Positions 19,801-30,478 of a DNA stretch of 64,000 nucleotides are shown here, in pieces (within the stretch, counting starts at the first letter, position 1; each line of letters opens with the position of its first letter). The DNA comes from Cyanobacteria bacterium P01_A01_bin.123. Its GTDB lineage: Bacteria > Cyanobacteriota > Cyanobacteriia > Phormidesmidales > Phormidesmidaceae. The stretch covers positions 74,403 through 138,402 of the forward strand of contig JBCBZT010000015.1 of the NCBI GenBank assembly GCA_039815185.1, given 5' to 3'. The position numbers and the translations under genes were made by a program. The notes under the pieces were generated by a model. The model saw nothing but the letters and a program-made list of their open reading frames with translations, did no database searches and was not told where the DNA came from.

Positions 19801-22062
19801 GGGGTGCAATCTGCAACTGAGCTGCTCGGTAAAACAGATTTTGACTTTCCAGCCACCCAAGCGAAAGCCAATGACTACCGGGCCGATGATCGGTGGGTGA
19901 TGGAAGCGGGCAATGCCAAATTTGGCATTCAAGAAACGCTAATGCGCTCCAACGGTGAACAGCGGTGGCTTGAAACTCACAAGGCCCCTTTACGAGACTG
20001 GACGGGCGACATTGTTGGGGTCGTTGGGATGTTTCAAGATATCACTGCCCGTAAAGAAGCCGAATCAGCCCTCCAAGCCAGTGAAAGCCGCTATCGAGCA
20101 ATTTTTGATCAGGTTGCCGTGGGCATTAACCAGGCTGATCCTTCAGGGCGATTTATCGCGGCCAATCAAGCCTTTTGTGACATGTTGGGCTACACCGAAG
20201 CAGAGCTCTTCCAATTGACCTACTGGAACCTCACCCATCCCGAGGATATCGAGAAGAACAAAGTCACATACGAGCAACTCCTTGCGGGACAAATTCCCTT
20301 TCGCTTATATGAAAAACGCTATCGCCACAAAAAAGGACATTACCTCTGGGTGGAAATTGCCATTTCTATCCTGCGCGATCTGGATGGTCGAATGCTTTCA
20401 GATGTTGCGGTAGTGGTGGACATCGATGATCGCAAGCAAGCCGAGCAAGCGCTAATTCAAGCCAAAGACGCGGCCGAAGCTGCTGCCCGCGCCAAAAGCA
20501 TCTTTTTGGCGACGATGAGCCATGAAATCCGTACGCCGATGAATGGCGTTATCGGCATGTTAAACCTCCTGAAGGGGACGAAATTGAACCCTTATCAGAA
20601 GATACAAGCCAACATTGCCCAATCTAGTGCTGAATCACTCCTGACCTTAATCAACGATATTCTTGATTTCTCTAAGGTTGATGCTGGCAAGCTGGATCTG
20701 GATATCTTGGAGTTTGATTTGTGTCAGCAAATGGGAGAGTTTGCTCAAGCTATGGCCTTAAAGGCTCAGGAAAAAGGCTTAGAACTTGTGATAGATCTGC
20801 GTGGCATTAAGCACGCTAGGGTCAAGGGTGATCCGATGCGTTTGCGACAAGTCTTCACTAACCTGGTTGGTAATGCCATCAAATTTACGGAGCAGGGGGA
20901 AATCGTTATTCGGTGTTGCCTCGAAGCAGAAGACGCGGCGCTGGTTTTGAAGGGATCAGTCAAAGATACTGGCATTGGCATTGCGCGGGATAAACTCGCG
21001 GATTTATTTACCCCCTTTTGCCAGGTCGATGCCAGCACAACCCGTAAGTATGGTGGCACGGGGTTAGGCCTGGCCATTACCCAAAAGCTTTGTACCTTGA
21101 TGGGGGGCACCATTCAGGTGCAAAGTGAACGAGGCAAGGGCAGCAATTTTGAATTTTCCCTCAAATTAGAGCCTGGTGAACCACCTCAACTGGGTTTGCC
21201 CCATAGAGATTTTCGCTCTCTAAAGGCGCTGATTGTCGATGACAATGCCACCAACCGGGCAATCTTAATCGGCCAGTTGATGAGCTGGGGGATGACTGTG
21301 GTCGCGGCATCAGACGGATACGATGCCTTAACCCTCTGCGAAACTCAAGTGAAGCGACAGGATGAAGCCTGCCAGCAACCCTTTGACATCATTTTGATAG
21401 ATGCAGATATGCCGGGAATGGATGGGGTCGAGTTAGCTCGATACCTCAACTGTGATCCGCGTTTTCAAGCCATCCCTCGAGTGATCATGACCCCGATGGG
21501 TGCCTATGGTGACGCCCGTCGATTTGCTGAACTTGGCTTCAGCGACTACTGCACAAAGCCCATCATTCCTTCAGACTTATTACAGATGCTGACGAGAGTC
21601 ATGCAGCCGGAGACAAGTGCTACAAGTCCCGAGACGTCTGAACAGGAAATGCCCAGTCTTCACAACTGGCCCGACCATGCTCGGTTGCTCGTGGTCGAAG
21701 ACAATCGGGTCAATCAGATGGTCATCAAGGGGTTGCTCAGAAAACTTAGATTGGAAGCTGATCTGGCCGTAAATGGGCTAGAAGCGCTCCGGATGCTCAA
21801 AGCGGCTTCCCATCATCACCCTTACACATTGGTGTTTATGGACTGCCTGATGCCAGACATGGATGGGTATGAGGCCAGTCGCCAAATTAGGGCTGCCGTA
21901 GCGGGTGACCATAATCAAGCAATTCCGATTGTTGCGATGACGGCCAATGCCATGATGGGCGACCGAGAAAAATGTTTGGCAGCGGGCATGAATGATTACT
22001 TATCCAAACCCATGGATCCAAGTACCCTCGTTGAAATTCTGGAAAGATGGTTAATGAAATAA
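16843..22062 (+). CDS. Hybrid sensor histidine kinase: CBS pair, two cyanobacteriochrome GAFs, PAS, GAF, 3 PAS, HisKA, HATPase, two receivers
   Basis: DTCF..CH and DTCL..CH GAFs, MSHEIRTPMN H box, NAIKFT, DTGIG, GGTGLGL, two D..MP.MDG receivers. Confidence 0.93.
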   Translation: MHLRSTALTPVELKFSIVQDLFVVSPDTSVMTAIAEMSRVHPGASDCPPAETADGQREGLHRETQASCVVVATNEQFMGLLTERELLCLSVQHSTLEHLLLREVVVPPAVILRESDFTTVSSALDLLEQYPIHHLPIVNDQGQLVGVVTCASLRQTVLTHQLNRSQHHEAVIAEVALRIRQHVGLDTISTAIVQEVQKVLGADRVIVYRFNPDMSGTIVAEAIVPPWTPCLDVQIIDTCFQDNLGGAYQQGRVSTISDIYAANLTDCHLQMLAQFQVRANLVVPILLPEAETQPLWGLLIVHQCIGPRQWAVREIRLLQQLSVQLAIALQQAELYQSLQTLNASLEEKVEARTQALHALAKRERILADTATRIRSSLELQVIMETTVQEIHSLLKCDRVNIWQFEADWQLRVVAESTDSIMSLLGERVQDTCLQDYNEVYRQGRVRVVPDIYATEMSDCHRELLIRLQTRAKILVPLLCGDQLWGVLNVSESQSARDWQPEEIDLLKALSVQLAIALQQATIHQQLQEELEIRRQTEARLLKSEAHHRALVSALPDLIMRMNREGIYLECRANPNFQVVGDRVEMIGAHVSNILPPEAAQKRLASIQLALQTNAVQIYEHGLLIDGRTQTEEIRVIPYDKDEVLLLVRDISDRKRAERQLQDLIAGTAATTGQNFFPALVSHLATALEVTYVSVTQQVEGQLQTLAVWVNGGLQPDFSYQLAKTPCEQTLRNGKFYCESSLQQRFPENTDLVALGAESYLGIALCNNQGQAIGSLCILDQKPIQDPTWAEEILRVFAARAAAELERQRASILLEQLNQDLEAKVEARTVALQISGAQMRAMISAVPDLLLRVRPDGTCLEYRASHSRFGDFLPIERYISEVLPPALLQQQLDRVKQAIATDTLQVYEHQVEIGGCLVYEEIRISKISPDEALVIVRDITDRKQAETALSESEQFIQTVLNTIPIPVFWKNRNSVFLGCNQQFVSAMGVQSATELLGKTDFDFPATQAKANDYRADDRWVMEAGNAKFGIQETLMRSNGEQRWLETHKAPLRDWTGDIVGVVGMFQDITARKEAESALQASESRYRAIFDQVAVGINQADPSGRFIAANQAFCDMLGYTEAELFQLTYWNLTHPEDIEKNKVTYEQLLAGQIPFRLYEKRYRHKKGHYLWVEIAISILRDLDGRMLSDVAVVVDIDDRKQAEQALIQAKDAAEAAARAKSIFLATMSHEIRTPMNGVIGMLNLLKGTKLNPYQKIQANIAQSSAESLLTLINDILDFSKVDAGKLDLDILEFDLCQQMGEFAQAMALKAQEKGLELVIDLRGIKHARVKGDPMRLRQVFTNLVGNAIKFTEQGEIVIRCCLEAEDAALVLKGSVKDTGIGIARDKLADLFTPFCQVDASTTRKYGGTGLGLAITQKLCTLMGGTIQVQSERGKGSNFEFSLKLEPGEPPQLGLPHRDFRSLKALIVDDNATNRAILIGQLMSWGMTVVAASDGYDALTLCETQVKRQDEACQQPFDIILIDADMPGMDGVELARYLNCDPRFQAIPRVIMTPMGAYGDARRFAELGFSDYCTKPIIPSDLLQMLTRVMQPETSATSPETSEQEMPSLHNWPDHARLLVVEDNRVNQMVIKGLLRKLRLEADLAVNGLEALRMLKAASHHHPYTLVFMDCLMPDMDGYEASRQIRAAVAGDHNQAIPIVAMTANAMMGDREKCLAAGMNDYLSKPMDPSTLVEILERWLMK

Positions 22063-22173
22063 GTCACTCGGGTTCCCCTTATGTTGAAGGCGGCCCACAC
22101 GTTAAGTTGACGAACTCGAAGACGCTGTCTTTGGGCTCAGTGGGGTCGAAGGCGATTGGATAAACAATTTCAC

Positions 22174-25100
22174 TTAAACCAAAGCGGGTTCGGGCATGGC
22201 GTTTTGCAATGCACCGAGCCAATCAATCAGACTCTCTAACTGCTTTTCAGGTTTGAGTACACCCAACCCCCGCACCGTCACTTTGCTAGGGGAATAGACA
22301 AAGCGGCTTTGCAAGTGGCCGGGGAGTTTTTCAGCTAGCAACTTCCAGGCAGGGCCTTCCATTGGGGTTTCTAGCACCACATGCTGTTTGCCTTCGGGTT
22401 TGATGCGGGAGAAGCCGATCTGCTTAGCAATTTGCTTGAGGACTAAAATCCGCACGAGTTGCTCGGTGGCATGGGGGATGGGGCCGTAGCGATCGCTCAA
22501 ATCGGCCACAATCTGCATCAACTCTCGCCGACTAGAGGCCGCTGCCATAGATCGGTAGGCGCTCATCTTTTGATCGAGATCAGGGACGTAATCGGTCGGA
22601 ATGAATGCCGTTAGGCTGAGATCGACCTGGGTATCGTCCACCTTCGGAATTTCTTGGCCGCGAATTTCCGCGATCGCTTCTTCCAGCATGTCCATATATA
22701 AATCAAAGCCAATGGCGTCCATTTGGCCAGACTGTTCAGCCCCCAGCAAATTGCCGACGCCGCGAATTTCCATATCCCGCATGGCCAGTTGATAACCCGA
22801 GCCGAGCTGAGCAAATTCTTGAATTGCCCGCAGCCGGGCTCTAGCTTTGTCGGTCAGCTGGCTTTGCCGGGGGTAAAACAGCCAGGCGTGGGCTTGAATT
22901 CCGGCTCGACCGACTCGACCCCGCAGTTGGTAAAGTTGGGACAGGCCAAAGCGATGGGCATCTTCAATCAAAATCGTGTTGACGCGGGGAATATCTAACC
23001 CCGACTCGATAATGGTGGTGCAGACTAAGATGTCGGCGTCGCCGTTGCTAAAAGTGAGCATGGTAGCTTCTAGCTCGCCTTCTTGCATTTGACCGTGGGC
23101 GATCGCCAGTCTTACCCCTGGCAGCATCTCTCGCAGACGGCCTGAAATTTCTTCGATGCCTTCTACCCGGGGCACGACATAAAAGATTTGCCCGCCCCGA
23201 TCCAGTTCTTGGCGAATAGCTGAGCGCACTGTTTCGGGGTTGTAAGGAGACAAGTGGGTTTTAATCGGACGACGAGATGGCGGTGGTGTGGTGATTAAGC
23301 TCATTTCCCGTACGCCGGACAACGCCATGTACAACGTCCGAGGAATCGGGGTGGCGCTGAGGGTCAGTACGTCCACCTGGGTTTTCAGCGCTTTGATTCT
23401 TTCTTTTTGATTGACGCCAAAGCGCTGTTCTTCGTCGACCACCAGCAACCCCAAGTCTTTGAACTTGACGGCCTTGCCGAGTAGCTGGTGGGTACCTACC
23501 ACGATATCTAACTCGCCAGTGGCTAAGCGCTGCAAAATGTCCTTCCGTTCATTGGCAGTGCGGAAGCGGTTTAATAACCCCACCTGAATGGGGTATGGGG
23601 CAAAGCGTTCTTTTAGGGTGTGGTAATGCTGCTGGGTTAAAATCGTAGTGGGGGCTAGCAAGGCGGTTTGCTTGCCCGCTGTAATTGCTTTGAAAATGGC
23701 GCGGATGGCCACTTCAGTTTTGCCAAAGCCCACATCACCGCACACCAGCCGATCCATTGGACGGTGGCTTTCCATATCCCGCTTGACATCTTGGGTGGCC
23801 TTGAGTTGATCGGGGGTGGGCTGGTAGGGAAAGGAGTCTTCCATTTCTTGTTGCCAGGGCATGTCCAGGGGAAAGGTGTGACCTTCCAACTGCGATCGCT
23901 GGGCGTAGAGTTTGAGCAGATCCACCGCCACTTTTTTGATCGCCTTGCGGACTTTCCCCTTGGTTTTTTCCCAAGCTTTGCCCGACATTTTGTTGAGTTC
24001 TGGCTTGCTGCCCGCGGCCACGCGGTAACGAGACAGGGAGCCGACTTGATCCGCCGCGACTCGCAGCAAGCCGTCGGCGTATTGAATCACCAGATATTCC
24101 CGCGTTTCGTTATTCAGCGTCAGGCTTTCGAGCTTTAGAAAGCGACCGATGCCGTGGTTGCGGTGCACCACATAATCCCCTGGCTGCATTTTGTTGGGGT
24201 CGACCTGTTTAGAGGTGGCCCGCCGTCGCTTGCGCACGTACCCCGGTGTCGCTAGGGAATGCTGGCCAAAGAATTCACGATCAGTGACCACCACCAGTCG
24301 GAAGGTGGGCAAAATGAACCCTTCGAGTTCTGCTAGCCCGGAATATTTCACCGCTACGGGGACCCGCTGCCCCTGGAGTTTGTCGATCGCGGGGTAATCG
24401 CGGGGATTGGGGACAAACTGGGCTGGGCAATCGTGTTCTTGCAGCAGGGCAACGGAGCGGGAGGGTTGGGCTGAGACTAACCAGGTCGAAAAGCTGCGAT
24501 CGCGCTCGGCCTTGATAATGTCAGCTAGCTTGCCAAACTGATGGGGAATGGTGGGAACGGGGCGACTGGCAAGATTCAGGCCAGTGTTTTCTTCGGCGAT
24601 TTCAGAGAGGAAAATTCGCTGGAAGCAGTCAATGTCGGTGAGGGCGTCTTCGAAGGGGTGGTGGAGTTGAGGGAGTAAAGCCGGATGGGATGATGAGGAA
24701 ATCGGGGAGGGGGTACTTTGCCAGAGATCCTGGACATGTTCAAACCAGCGATCGCTGTGGGCTTTGCACTGTTCGACTTCATCGACGGCTATTAGGGTGG
24801 TATCTGGCAGGTAGTCGAGCAGGGAGGCGGGGGTGGGGAAGGCATAGCCCAGGAAACGCTTAAGACCTTCAAGCGACTGGCCGTTGTCGAGGGCTTCTTG
24901 TTCCTCGTCGTTTAAAAGTTGACTCAGTAAGGCCTGATCGCGCAATTGATCGACGATGATTGGGTTGTAATGGGTGGCAGTGAGCACCAGTTGGTCGATG
25001 GGGTCGAGGGAGCGCTGGTTAGCAGGGTCGAATTCTCGCAGACGTTCGAGTTCGTCGCCAAACAGTTCTACCCGTACGGGGAGTTCTGCTGCCACGGGAT

Positions 25101-25701
25101 ACACGTCAATGATGTCACCCCGCTGGCTCCACTGGCCTTCAGTTTCCACCGTGGACACTTTTTCATAGCCCAAACGGGCCAATCTTTCAGACAGATGCTT
25201 GAGATTAAGCTCCATGCCCAGGGTGAGGGTAATGCAATAGCGCTGGAAGTGCTCGACGGGGGGTAAGTGGGGTTGTAAGGCGCGTTCCGTTGCAACCACC
25301 GCTAAGGTTTGTGCACCCTTGCCGTGACTGCCCTGGCGGTTCCCCTCTGAACCACTACCCAACCCTTTGACGAGATCAGCAAGCACCTGGAGCTGCCCCC
25401 AGATCATCTCCGACTCTTGATCAAACGGATCATAGGGGGATGATTCGGAGGTGGGATAAAAATACACTGTTCCCCAGCCCATGGCTTCGAGTTGGGTGGC
25501 CCAGCGTCCGGCTTCTTCGAGGGTGGCTGTGATCACAACCAGGGGCTTTTGTTGGGTCTGCGCTAGGGCAGAGGTGACCAAGCCTTTGGGTAACCGGGCT
25601 ACGCCGTTGAGGGTGAGATACTGCTGGGTTTCCAGCTTGGTGGTCAGCTCTTGAGCCAGGGGCAATCGTCCAAGGGCACGGATAACGGAAGAAAACGCCA
25701 T
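22174..25701 (-). CDS. mfd: Transcription-repair coupling factor
   Basis: UvrB-like N-terminus, [37 protein letters not shown] motif. Confidence 0.98.
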   Translation of the reverse strand: MAFSSVIRALGRLPLAQELTTKLETQQYLTLNGVARLPKGLVTSALAQTQQKPLVVITATLEEAGRWATQLEAMGWGTVYFYPTSESSPYDPFDQESEMIWGQLQVLADLVKGLGSGSEGNRQGSHGKGAQTLAVVATERALQPHLPPVEHFQRYCITLTLGMELNLKHLSERLARLGYEKVSTVETEGQWSQRGDIIDVYPVAAELPVRVELFGDELERLREFDPANQRSLDPIDQLVLTATHYNPIIVDQLRDQALLSQLLNDEEQEALDNGQSLEGLKRFLGYAFPTPASLLDYLPDTTLIAVDEVEQCKAHSDRWFEHVQDLWQSTPSPISSSSHPALLPQLHHPFEDALTDIDCFQRIFLSEIAEENTGLNLASRPVPTIPHQFGKLADIIKAERDRSFSTWLVSAQPSRSVALLQEHDCPAQFVPNPRDYPAIDKLQGQRVPVAVKYSGLAELEGFILPTFRLVVVTDREFFGQHSLATPGYVRKRRRATSKQVDPNKMQPGDYVVHRNHGIGRFLKLESLTLNNETREYLVIQYADGLLRVAADQVGSLSRYRVAAGSKPELNKMSGKAWEKTKGKVRKAIKKVAVDLLKLYAQRSQLEGHTFPLDMPWQQEMEDSFPYQPTPDQLKATQDVKRDMESHRPMDRLVCGDVGFGKTEVAIRAIFKAITAGKQTALLAPTTILTQQHYHTLKERFAPYPIQVGLLNRFRTANERKDILQRLATGELDIVVGTHQLLGKAVKFKDLGLLVVDEEQRFGVNQKERIKALKTQVDVLTLSATPIPRTLYMALSGVREMSLITTPPPSRRPIKTHLSPYNPETVRSAIRQELDRGGQIFYVVPRVEGIEEISGRLREMLPGVRLAIAHGQMQEGELEATMLTFSNGDADILVCTTIIESGLDIPRVNTILIEDAHRFGLSQLYQLRGRVGRAGIQAHAWLFYPRQSQLTDKARARLRAIQEFAQLGSGYQLAMRDMEIRGVGNLLGAEQSGQMDAIGFDLYMDMLEEAIAEIRGQEIPKVDDTQVDLSLTAFIPTDYVPDLDQKMSAYRSMAAASSRRELMQIVADLSDRYGPIPHATEQLVRILVLKQIAKQIGFSRIKPEGKQHVVLETPMEGPAWKLLAEKLPGHLQSRFVYSPSKVTVRGLGVLKPEKQLESLIDWLGALQNAMPEPALV

Positions 25702-25945
25702 GGGAACTTAACAAAAATGCGATCGCAGAGAAGACAAAAACAACGAAATATCCCGTCCGTCAATTAATTGACCCACAACAATTCTGAGCCGTTAACTTGG
25801 ATGGGATGACATCAGGGTTCGTATTTTAATCATTGTAAAGGTGATACCCCACATCCGATTTGAAAACTTGGGTTCTAGCTTAGCGAAAACTGTGGATCTG
25901 GATGTGGCCAGGGTTTAGAAAGGCTTCAAGGGGATTGCTAAATCC

Positions 25946-25978
25946 AAAATTAAAGAGGCGCTGTTAAACAACACCTCT
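25946..25978 (-). terminator. Probable terminator downstream of 49-aa ORF
   Basis: Minus strand AGAGGTGTTG-TTTAA-CAGCGCCTCT then TTAATTTT. Confidence 0.55.
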
Positions 25979-26140
25979 GACATCCCTTGATTGATTCTGA
26001 CGAGTGGGTTCAGCCATGGGGGGAGGCTGGATAGTCTAGTTCAGGGTCAAAGCAGGTTTCCTCAGAACCTGACCTGACCTCGTAACCACGGAATTCCCTG
26101 AGATTCAGGTTTTGCTTAGCACTAAGGCTTTGTTGCTCAC

Positions 26141-26290
26141 CTAGGTTCCCGTTTGCTCTCGTCGTTGCAGTGCATCAAGCATTTGCTGGCGAACAGCCTT
26201 AGCCCAAAGACTAAACTCATTCGTCTCCCAACTAAAAACTGTCTTAGCTTGATTGGGCTGCCTTTGCTGACTCTGGTTATTCATCGTCAT
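26141..26290 (-). CDS. Small hypothetical protein (49 aa), below ORF-track cutoff
   Basis: MTMNNQSQQRQPNQAKTVFSWETNEFSLWAKAVRQQMLDALQRREQTGT; GAGG RBS; amphipathic helix. Confidence 0.6.
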   Translation of the reverse strand: MTMNNQSQQRQPNQAKTVFSWETNEFSLWAKAVRQQMLDALQRREQTGT

Positions 26291-26572
26291 AATTTTTCCC
26301 TCGAAGCTATAGTCCTAGCCTGACAAAAATCTAATCTATCCACTACTGCCTTTATGCATAGGTTTAGAAACAATCGGGTCTAGGCTTGGCTGTCTCTATC
26401 CATAGTTTGTGCGGCGTTTAGTTTGAGCCGAGAAAGCTAGATAGAAGCCTAGAAAAATCAGAATCCAGCATTCAGCAGAAAGCCATTCTGATGCCTGACG
26501 CCTGTGTGCTGCCTTGGGGATAATGACCCGCTTCAAGCCGATGCCCAAGTTTCGGCTTGGACTTGGTTTAAG

Positions 26573-27160
26573 ATGGCAAGTATGACAGGTGAACTCGATT
26601 ACTCTTTACCCCCAGCCATCCGCCGAATTTCCAGCGCCTTTCGTCGGGTTGGATGGATTAGCTTTTGGACCCAGGCCGTATTAGCGATTGTGTCCAGCTT
26701 GGTGCTGCTGTTTGCGGTAGCTAGCCTAAGTGTGCGTGCTGGTGGGCAAAATAATCCGGGTACGGGCGCTGGCTTAGTGTTTGCGGTAGCTGGGCTGGTG
26801 ACGTTATACATTGGCGCTTATTGGGCCTATCGCTACACTCGTTTGGGCAAACAGTTGCGGACGGGCAACCCAGACAGCCGCCCCAAGCCTAAAGATGCGG
26901 TACAAGCGCTGCGGGTGGGGTTAATGATTAGCCTTACGGGTATGCTGTTAACCTTGCTGGGGGGGCAGGCCATCATTGGCACGTTGTTGGCCAAGTCGTT
27001 ATCGACGCAAGGTACATTTTTGCTGGGTGCCGGTAATGTGACACAGTTTGTTCAGCCCCTCGATATTTTTATTGTGCAGGCCAACACGAATACAATTGCC
27101 GCCCATTTCGTGGCCATTGTGGCATCGCTTTGGCTCTCTCGTTCGGTGAATCGCCAGTAG
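26573..27160 (+). CDS. DUF3611-family membrane protein
   Basis: GWISFWTQ..L, GMLLTLLG.QAIIG.L.AK, PLDIFIVQANTN.I.AHF. Confidence 0.8.
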   Translation: MASMTGELDYSLPPAIRRISSAFRRVGWISFWTQAVLAIVSSLVLLFAVASLSVRAGGQNNPGTGAGLVFAVAGLVTLYIGAYWAYRYTRLGKQLRTGNPDSRPKPKDAVQALRVGLMISLTGMLLTLLGGQAIIGTLLAKSLSTQGTFLLGAGNVTQFVQPLDIFIVQANTNTIAAHFVAIVASLWLSRSVNRQ

Positions 27161-27299
27161 GGTAATGGGGTATGCCATGCCCCTAAAGTAAGCCTTGAAT
27201 CTACAACGGGGTTTACACTGCATTGAGCAAATCAGATAACCCTCGATTCTGTTAGACAATAGCGTCAAAAACTCGCTGATTACTAAATCAATTTTCACC

Positions 27300-28469
27300 A
27301 TGACTTCAACCCTTTCAAATGCCTCACCTGCTATCGACGACACCCACGGCATCAAACTGCAACCGCTGAATGTGCCTAACCGCTTGCTGCTGGGGCCGGG
27401 GCCATCCAATGCCCATCCAAAAGTGATTGCCGCCATGCATCACCAACCCGTGGGTCACCTTGACCCGGCTTACCTGCAGATGATGGATGAGGTGCAAGAA
27501 CTGCTGCGCTACACCTGGCAAACCAGCAATCCGCTGACCATTGCGGTAGCGGGTACGGGCACCGCAGCCATGGAGGCTACCCTAGCCAATGCGGTTGAAC
27601 CTGGGGATGTGGTGTTGGTTGGGGTAAAGGGCTACTTTGGTCATCGCCTAGTGGACATGGCTGCACGCTACGGTGCAGACGTGCGTACCCTAACGCAAAC
27701 CTGGGGCAATCCCTTTAGCCTGGAGGAACTGCGGACTGCGATGGAGACCCATCATCCTAAGATTTTGGCTTTGGTCCATGCAGAAACTTCCACTGGCGTT
27801 CGTCAACCCTTAGAGGGTGTCGGTGAGCTATGCCGTGAATTTGACTGTTTGCTAGTGCTTGATACCGTGACTAGCTTGGGTGGGGTGCCCGTCTTTTTAG
27901 ATCAGTGGGGCGTAGATTTAGCCTATAGCTGTAGTCAAAAAGGGTTGAGCTGTGCGCCGGGGATTTCCCCGTTTACCATGAGCCAGCGAGCGATGGAGAA
28001 GCTCAATAATCGCCCTAACCCTGTACCCAACTGGTATTTGGACATGAAGCTGTTGGCAAAATATTGGGGCCGCGATCGCGTCTATCACCACACGGCCCCG
28101 GTCAACCTCACCTATGCGCTACGCGAAGCGCTACGGCTGTTGGTGGAAGAGGGGCTAGCGGCTCGCTGGCAACGGCATCAGCAGAACGCCGAGAAACTCT
28201 GGAGCGGCCTAGAGGACTTGGGCCTCGCTTGCCACGTCGCCAAAGAATTTCGGCTGCCAACCTTAACCACGGTGCGGGTGCCTGAAGGTATCGACGCTAA
28301 AGCCTTTGGTCGCAAAATGCTGCAAGACCACAATATTGAAATTGGGGGTGGTCTGGGTGAACTGGGGGGTAAAGTTTGGCGGATTGGCTTAATGGGTCAT
28401 AACAGCAATCCCGAAAACGTAGACACCCTGCTAGAAGCGATGCAGCGCACCCTCTCGGCAATGAGGTAA
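27300..28469 (+). CDS. Alanine-glyoxylate/serine-pyruvate aminotransferase (class V PLP)
   Basis: LLLGPGPSN, HAETSTGV, DTVTSLGG, SCSQKGL, YHHTAP, WRIGLMG. Confidence 0.93.
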   Translation: MTSTLSNASPAIDDTHGIKLQPLNVPNRLLLGPGPSNAHPKVIAAMHHQPVGHLDPAYLQMMDEVQELLRYTWQTSNPLTIAVAGTGTAAMEATLANAVEPGDVVLVGVKGYFGHRLVDMAARYGADVRTLTQTWGNPFSLEELRTAMETHHPKILALVHAETSTGVRQPLEGVGELCREFDCLLVLDTVTSLGGVPVFLDQWGVDLAYSCSQKGLSCAPGISPFTMSQRAMEKLNNRPNPVPNWYLDMKLLAKYWGRDRVYHHTAPVNLTYALREALRLLVEEGLAARWQRHQQNAEKLWSGLEDLGLACHVAKEFRLPTLTTVRVPEGIDAKAFGRKMLQDHNIEIGGGLGELGGKVWRIGLMGHNSNPENVDTLLEAMQRTLSAMR

Positions 28470-28590
28470 ACAGCGTTTTGGGGCATTGAGTGACTTGCCC
28501 GTCGTCGAATAACTTCAGACCATAAGGAATTGTGAGGGGATATAGCAGTGCTATGTCCCCTTATGTTGTTTATGCAGGGAGTTGGCGTTG

Positions 28591-28695
28591 TGTAGCGGTG
28601 GCCACAAAGCTTTGGGCGCTACGGCGAGCCAGATTTCTTGTGGACTCAGCATCCTGACGATACTGGGTGCATTAAGCAATCTGGCCAGCGTTATA
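28591..28695 (-). repeat. 105-bp dispersed structured repeat, copy C
   Basis: Reverse complement of copy A with scattered substitutions. Confidence 0.85.
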
Positions 28696-28788
28696 AACCT
28701 GACTGCCCGGAGAAAGCAGGTTCATGTTTGTCTGACCCCTTTTCTCTGCCCACAAGCTACGGTTTTCCTTGATAATGACAAAGTGTAA

Positions 28789-29988
28789 ATGACAGGAACA
28801 GTCAGTATGGAGCTAGTGCTGAGTTGGGGAATTGCCCAGGGGTTATGGGCGATCGCGTCTATTGTGTTAGTCGAAATTGTGCGGGATGTGTATCATGTCA
28901 CCAGTCATTATTGGGCACCCTTAAAGGCGCTACACAACTGGCATCATAAGGCTTATAAACGCGACTTTACACCCGTCTCCCCGCAGCTCTATGCCAAGGC
29001 TCAGCTTTACAATGATGTGCCGGAATCGTTAGTGATGATGGCCTCAGTGGCTGCGATCGCGCTGTTGACACCCTATAGTGGCTTTTGGTTAGGATTTGCC
29101 TATGCGGCGGGGCATCTCATGACCGCGATCGCCCGCTCGCAGCGTTGGCTGTTGGTCAGCGATTTGACCCATGAACCGGGGGCTCTAACCCAACCTCCCA
29201 GCAACTGGCTTGTGAATCGCACTTACCACTGGCGACACCACTTCGATGAAACCACGGCTTACTATGGCGGTAGTCTGACGTTGATTGACAAAATTTTGGG
29301 TACTGCTGTTTCACTCAAAGGTAAAACGGTTGCCATTACTGGGGCTTCGGGCACCATGGGGCGATCGCTGATCGCTGCCCTAGCGAAACAAGGGGCTAAA
29401 CCCATTGCCCTGACCACTTCTGCTGCGGCTCAATTTGATCCGGCGGTGACGGTGATTCCCTGGCAACCGGGAAATGAGGCCGAACTCAAGGCAAAACTGA
29501 ATAGGGTTGATATTTTGGTGATTAACCACGGTATTAACGTGCATGGTGAGAGAACATCTGCGGCGATCGCGCGATCGCTTGAAGTCAATAGTCTCTCAGC
29601 ATTGCGTCTAATAGATATGTTCACAGAGACCGTCGAAACCTCGGCCCAAAAAGCAATTAAAGAAATTTGGGTCAATACCTCAGAAGCCGAAGTCAACCCT
29701 GCCTTTAGCCCCCTCTATGAAACATCTAAACGGCTATTGGGCGATTTGGTTACCTTACGCCGCCTAGACGCACCCTGTGTCATTCGCAAAGTGGTGTTGG
29801 GGCCCTTTAAGAGCAATCTCAACCCGGTTGGCGTGATGTCTGCGGATTGGGTCGCTTGGGCAGTCGTGGCCTTGGCCAAGCGCAATGTGCGCAATATTAT
29901 CGTGACGATCAACCCGCTGACCTATCTTTTCTTCCCCATTAAGGAGTTCAGCCAGTCTCTATATTTCCGACTATTTTCAAAGGCTTAA
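28789..29988 (+). CDS. Bifunctional sterol desaturase-like/short-chain dehydrogenase
   Basis: His boxes (HNWHH, HWRHH) fused to TGASGTMG Rossmann and YETSK. Confidence 0.88.
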   Translation: MTGTVSMELVLSWGIAQGLWAIASIVLVEIVRDVYHVTSHYWAPLKALHNWHHKAYKRDFTPVSPQLYAKAQLYNDVPESLVMMASVAAIALLTPYSGFWLGFAYAAGHLMTAIARSQRWLLVSDLTHEPGALTQPPSNWLVNRTYHWRHHFDETTAYYGGSLTLIDKILGTAVSLKGKTVAITGASGTMGRSLIAALAKQGAKPIALTTSAAAQFDPAVTVIPWQPGNEAELKAKLNRVDILVINHGINVHGERTSAAIARSLEVNSLSALRLIDMFTETVETSAQKAIKEIWVNTSEAEVNPAFSPLYETSKRLLGDLVTLRRLDAPCVIRKVVLGPFKSNLNPVGVMSADWVAWAVVALAKRNVRNIIVTINPLTYLFFPIKEFSQSLYFRLFSKA

Positions 29989-30016
29989 GACAGACAGGGG
30001 GCCGGGATCAAGAGAG

Positions 30017-30388
30017 ATGCCAATTATTGCCATCGAGCATGTTCAGCTAGCGATGCCACCGGGTTTAGAACAAATGGCACGAGAGTTTTATAGCGGGCTG
30101 TTGGGTGTTCCTGAAGTGCCAAAGCCGCCTGAACTGGCAAAGCGTGGTGGCGTCTGGTTTGAACGAGCGTCACTCAAAATTCATTTGGGGGTTGAGATCG
30201 ACTTTCGCCCAGCGCGTAAGGCCCACCCCGCATTTCTAGTCACGGATTTGAAGGGACTTGTTTCTCGCTTGAGAGCACATGGTGTAGATGTTATCGATGA
30301 CGATTTACTAGAAGGTTACTTTCGGGTGTACGTATCTGATCCCTTCGGCAATCGCATTGAACTGATGGAACCCCTTAGCGGGGGTTGA
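30017..30388 (+). CDS. VOC/glyoxalase family protein
   Basis: HVQLA, FY..LLG, HPAF, DPFGNRIEL. Confidence 0.9.
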   Translation: MPIIAIEHVQLAMPPGLEQMAREFYSGLLGVPEVPKPPELAKRGGVWFERASLKIHLGVEIDFRPARKAHPAFLVTDLKGLVSRLRAHGVDVIDDDLLEGYFRVYVSDPFGNRIELMEPLSGG

Positions 30389-30402
30389 TGCAACCATTCA
30401 TT

Positions 30403-30441
30403 TTGCAGGCCCCATTGCTGCTTAAGGAATGGGGCCTGCAA
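30403..30441. terminator. Hairpin between convergent genes
   Basis: TTGCAGGCCCCATT / AATGGGGCCTGCAA. Confidence 0.75.
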
Positions 30442-30478
30442 TCCAAAAATTACTTTAGGCAATGTGACGGGGTCAACC

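Noticed and set aside
28582..28788. 68-aa ORF
   Set aside because: Largely the 105-bp repeat copy C
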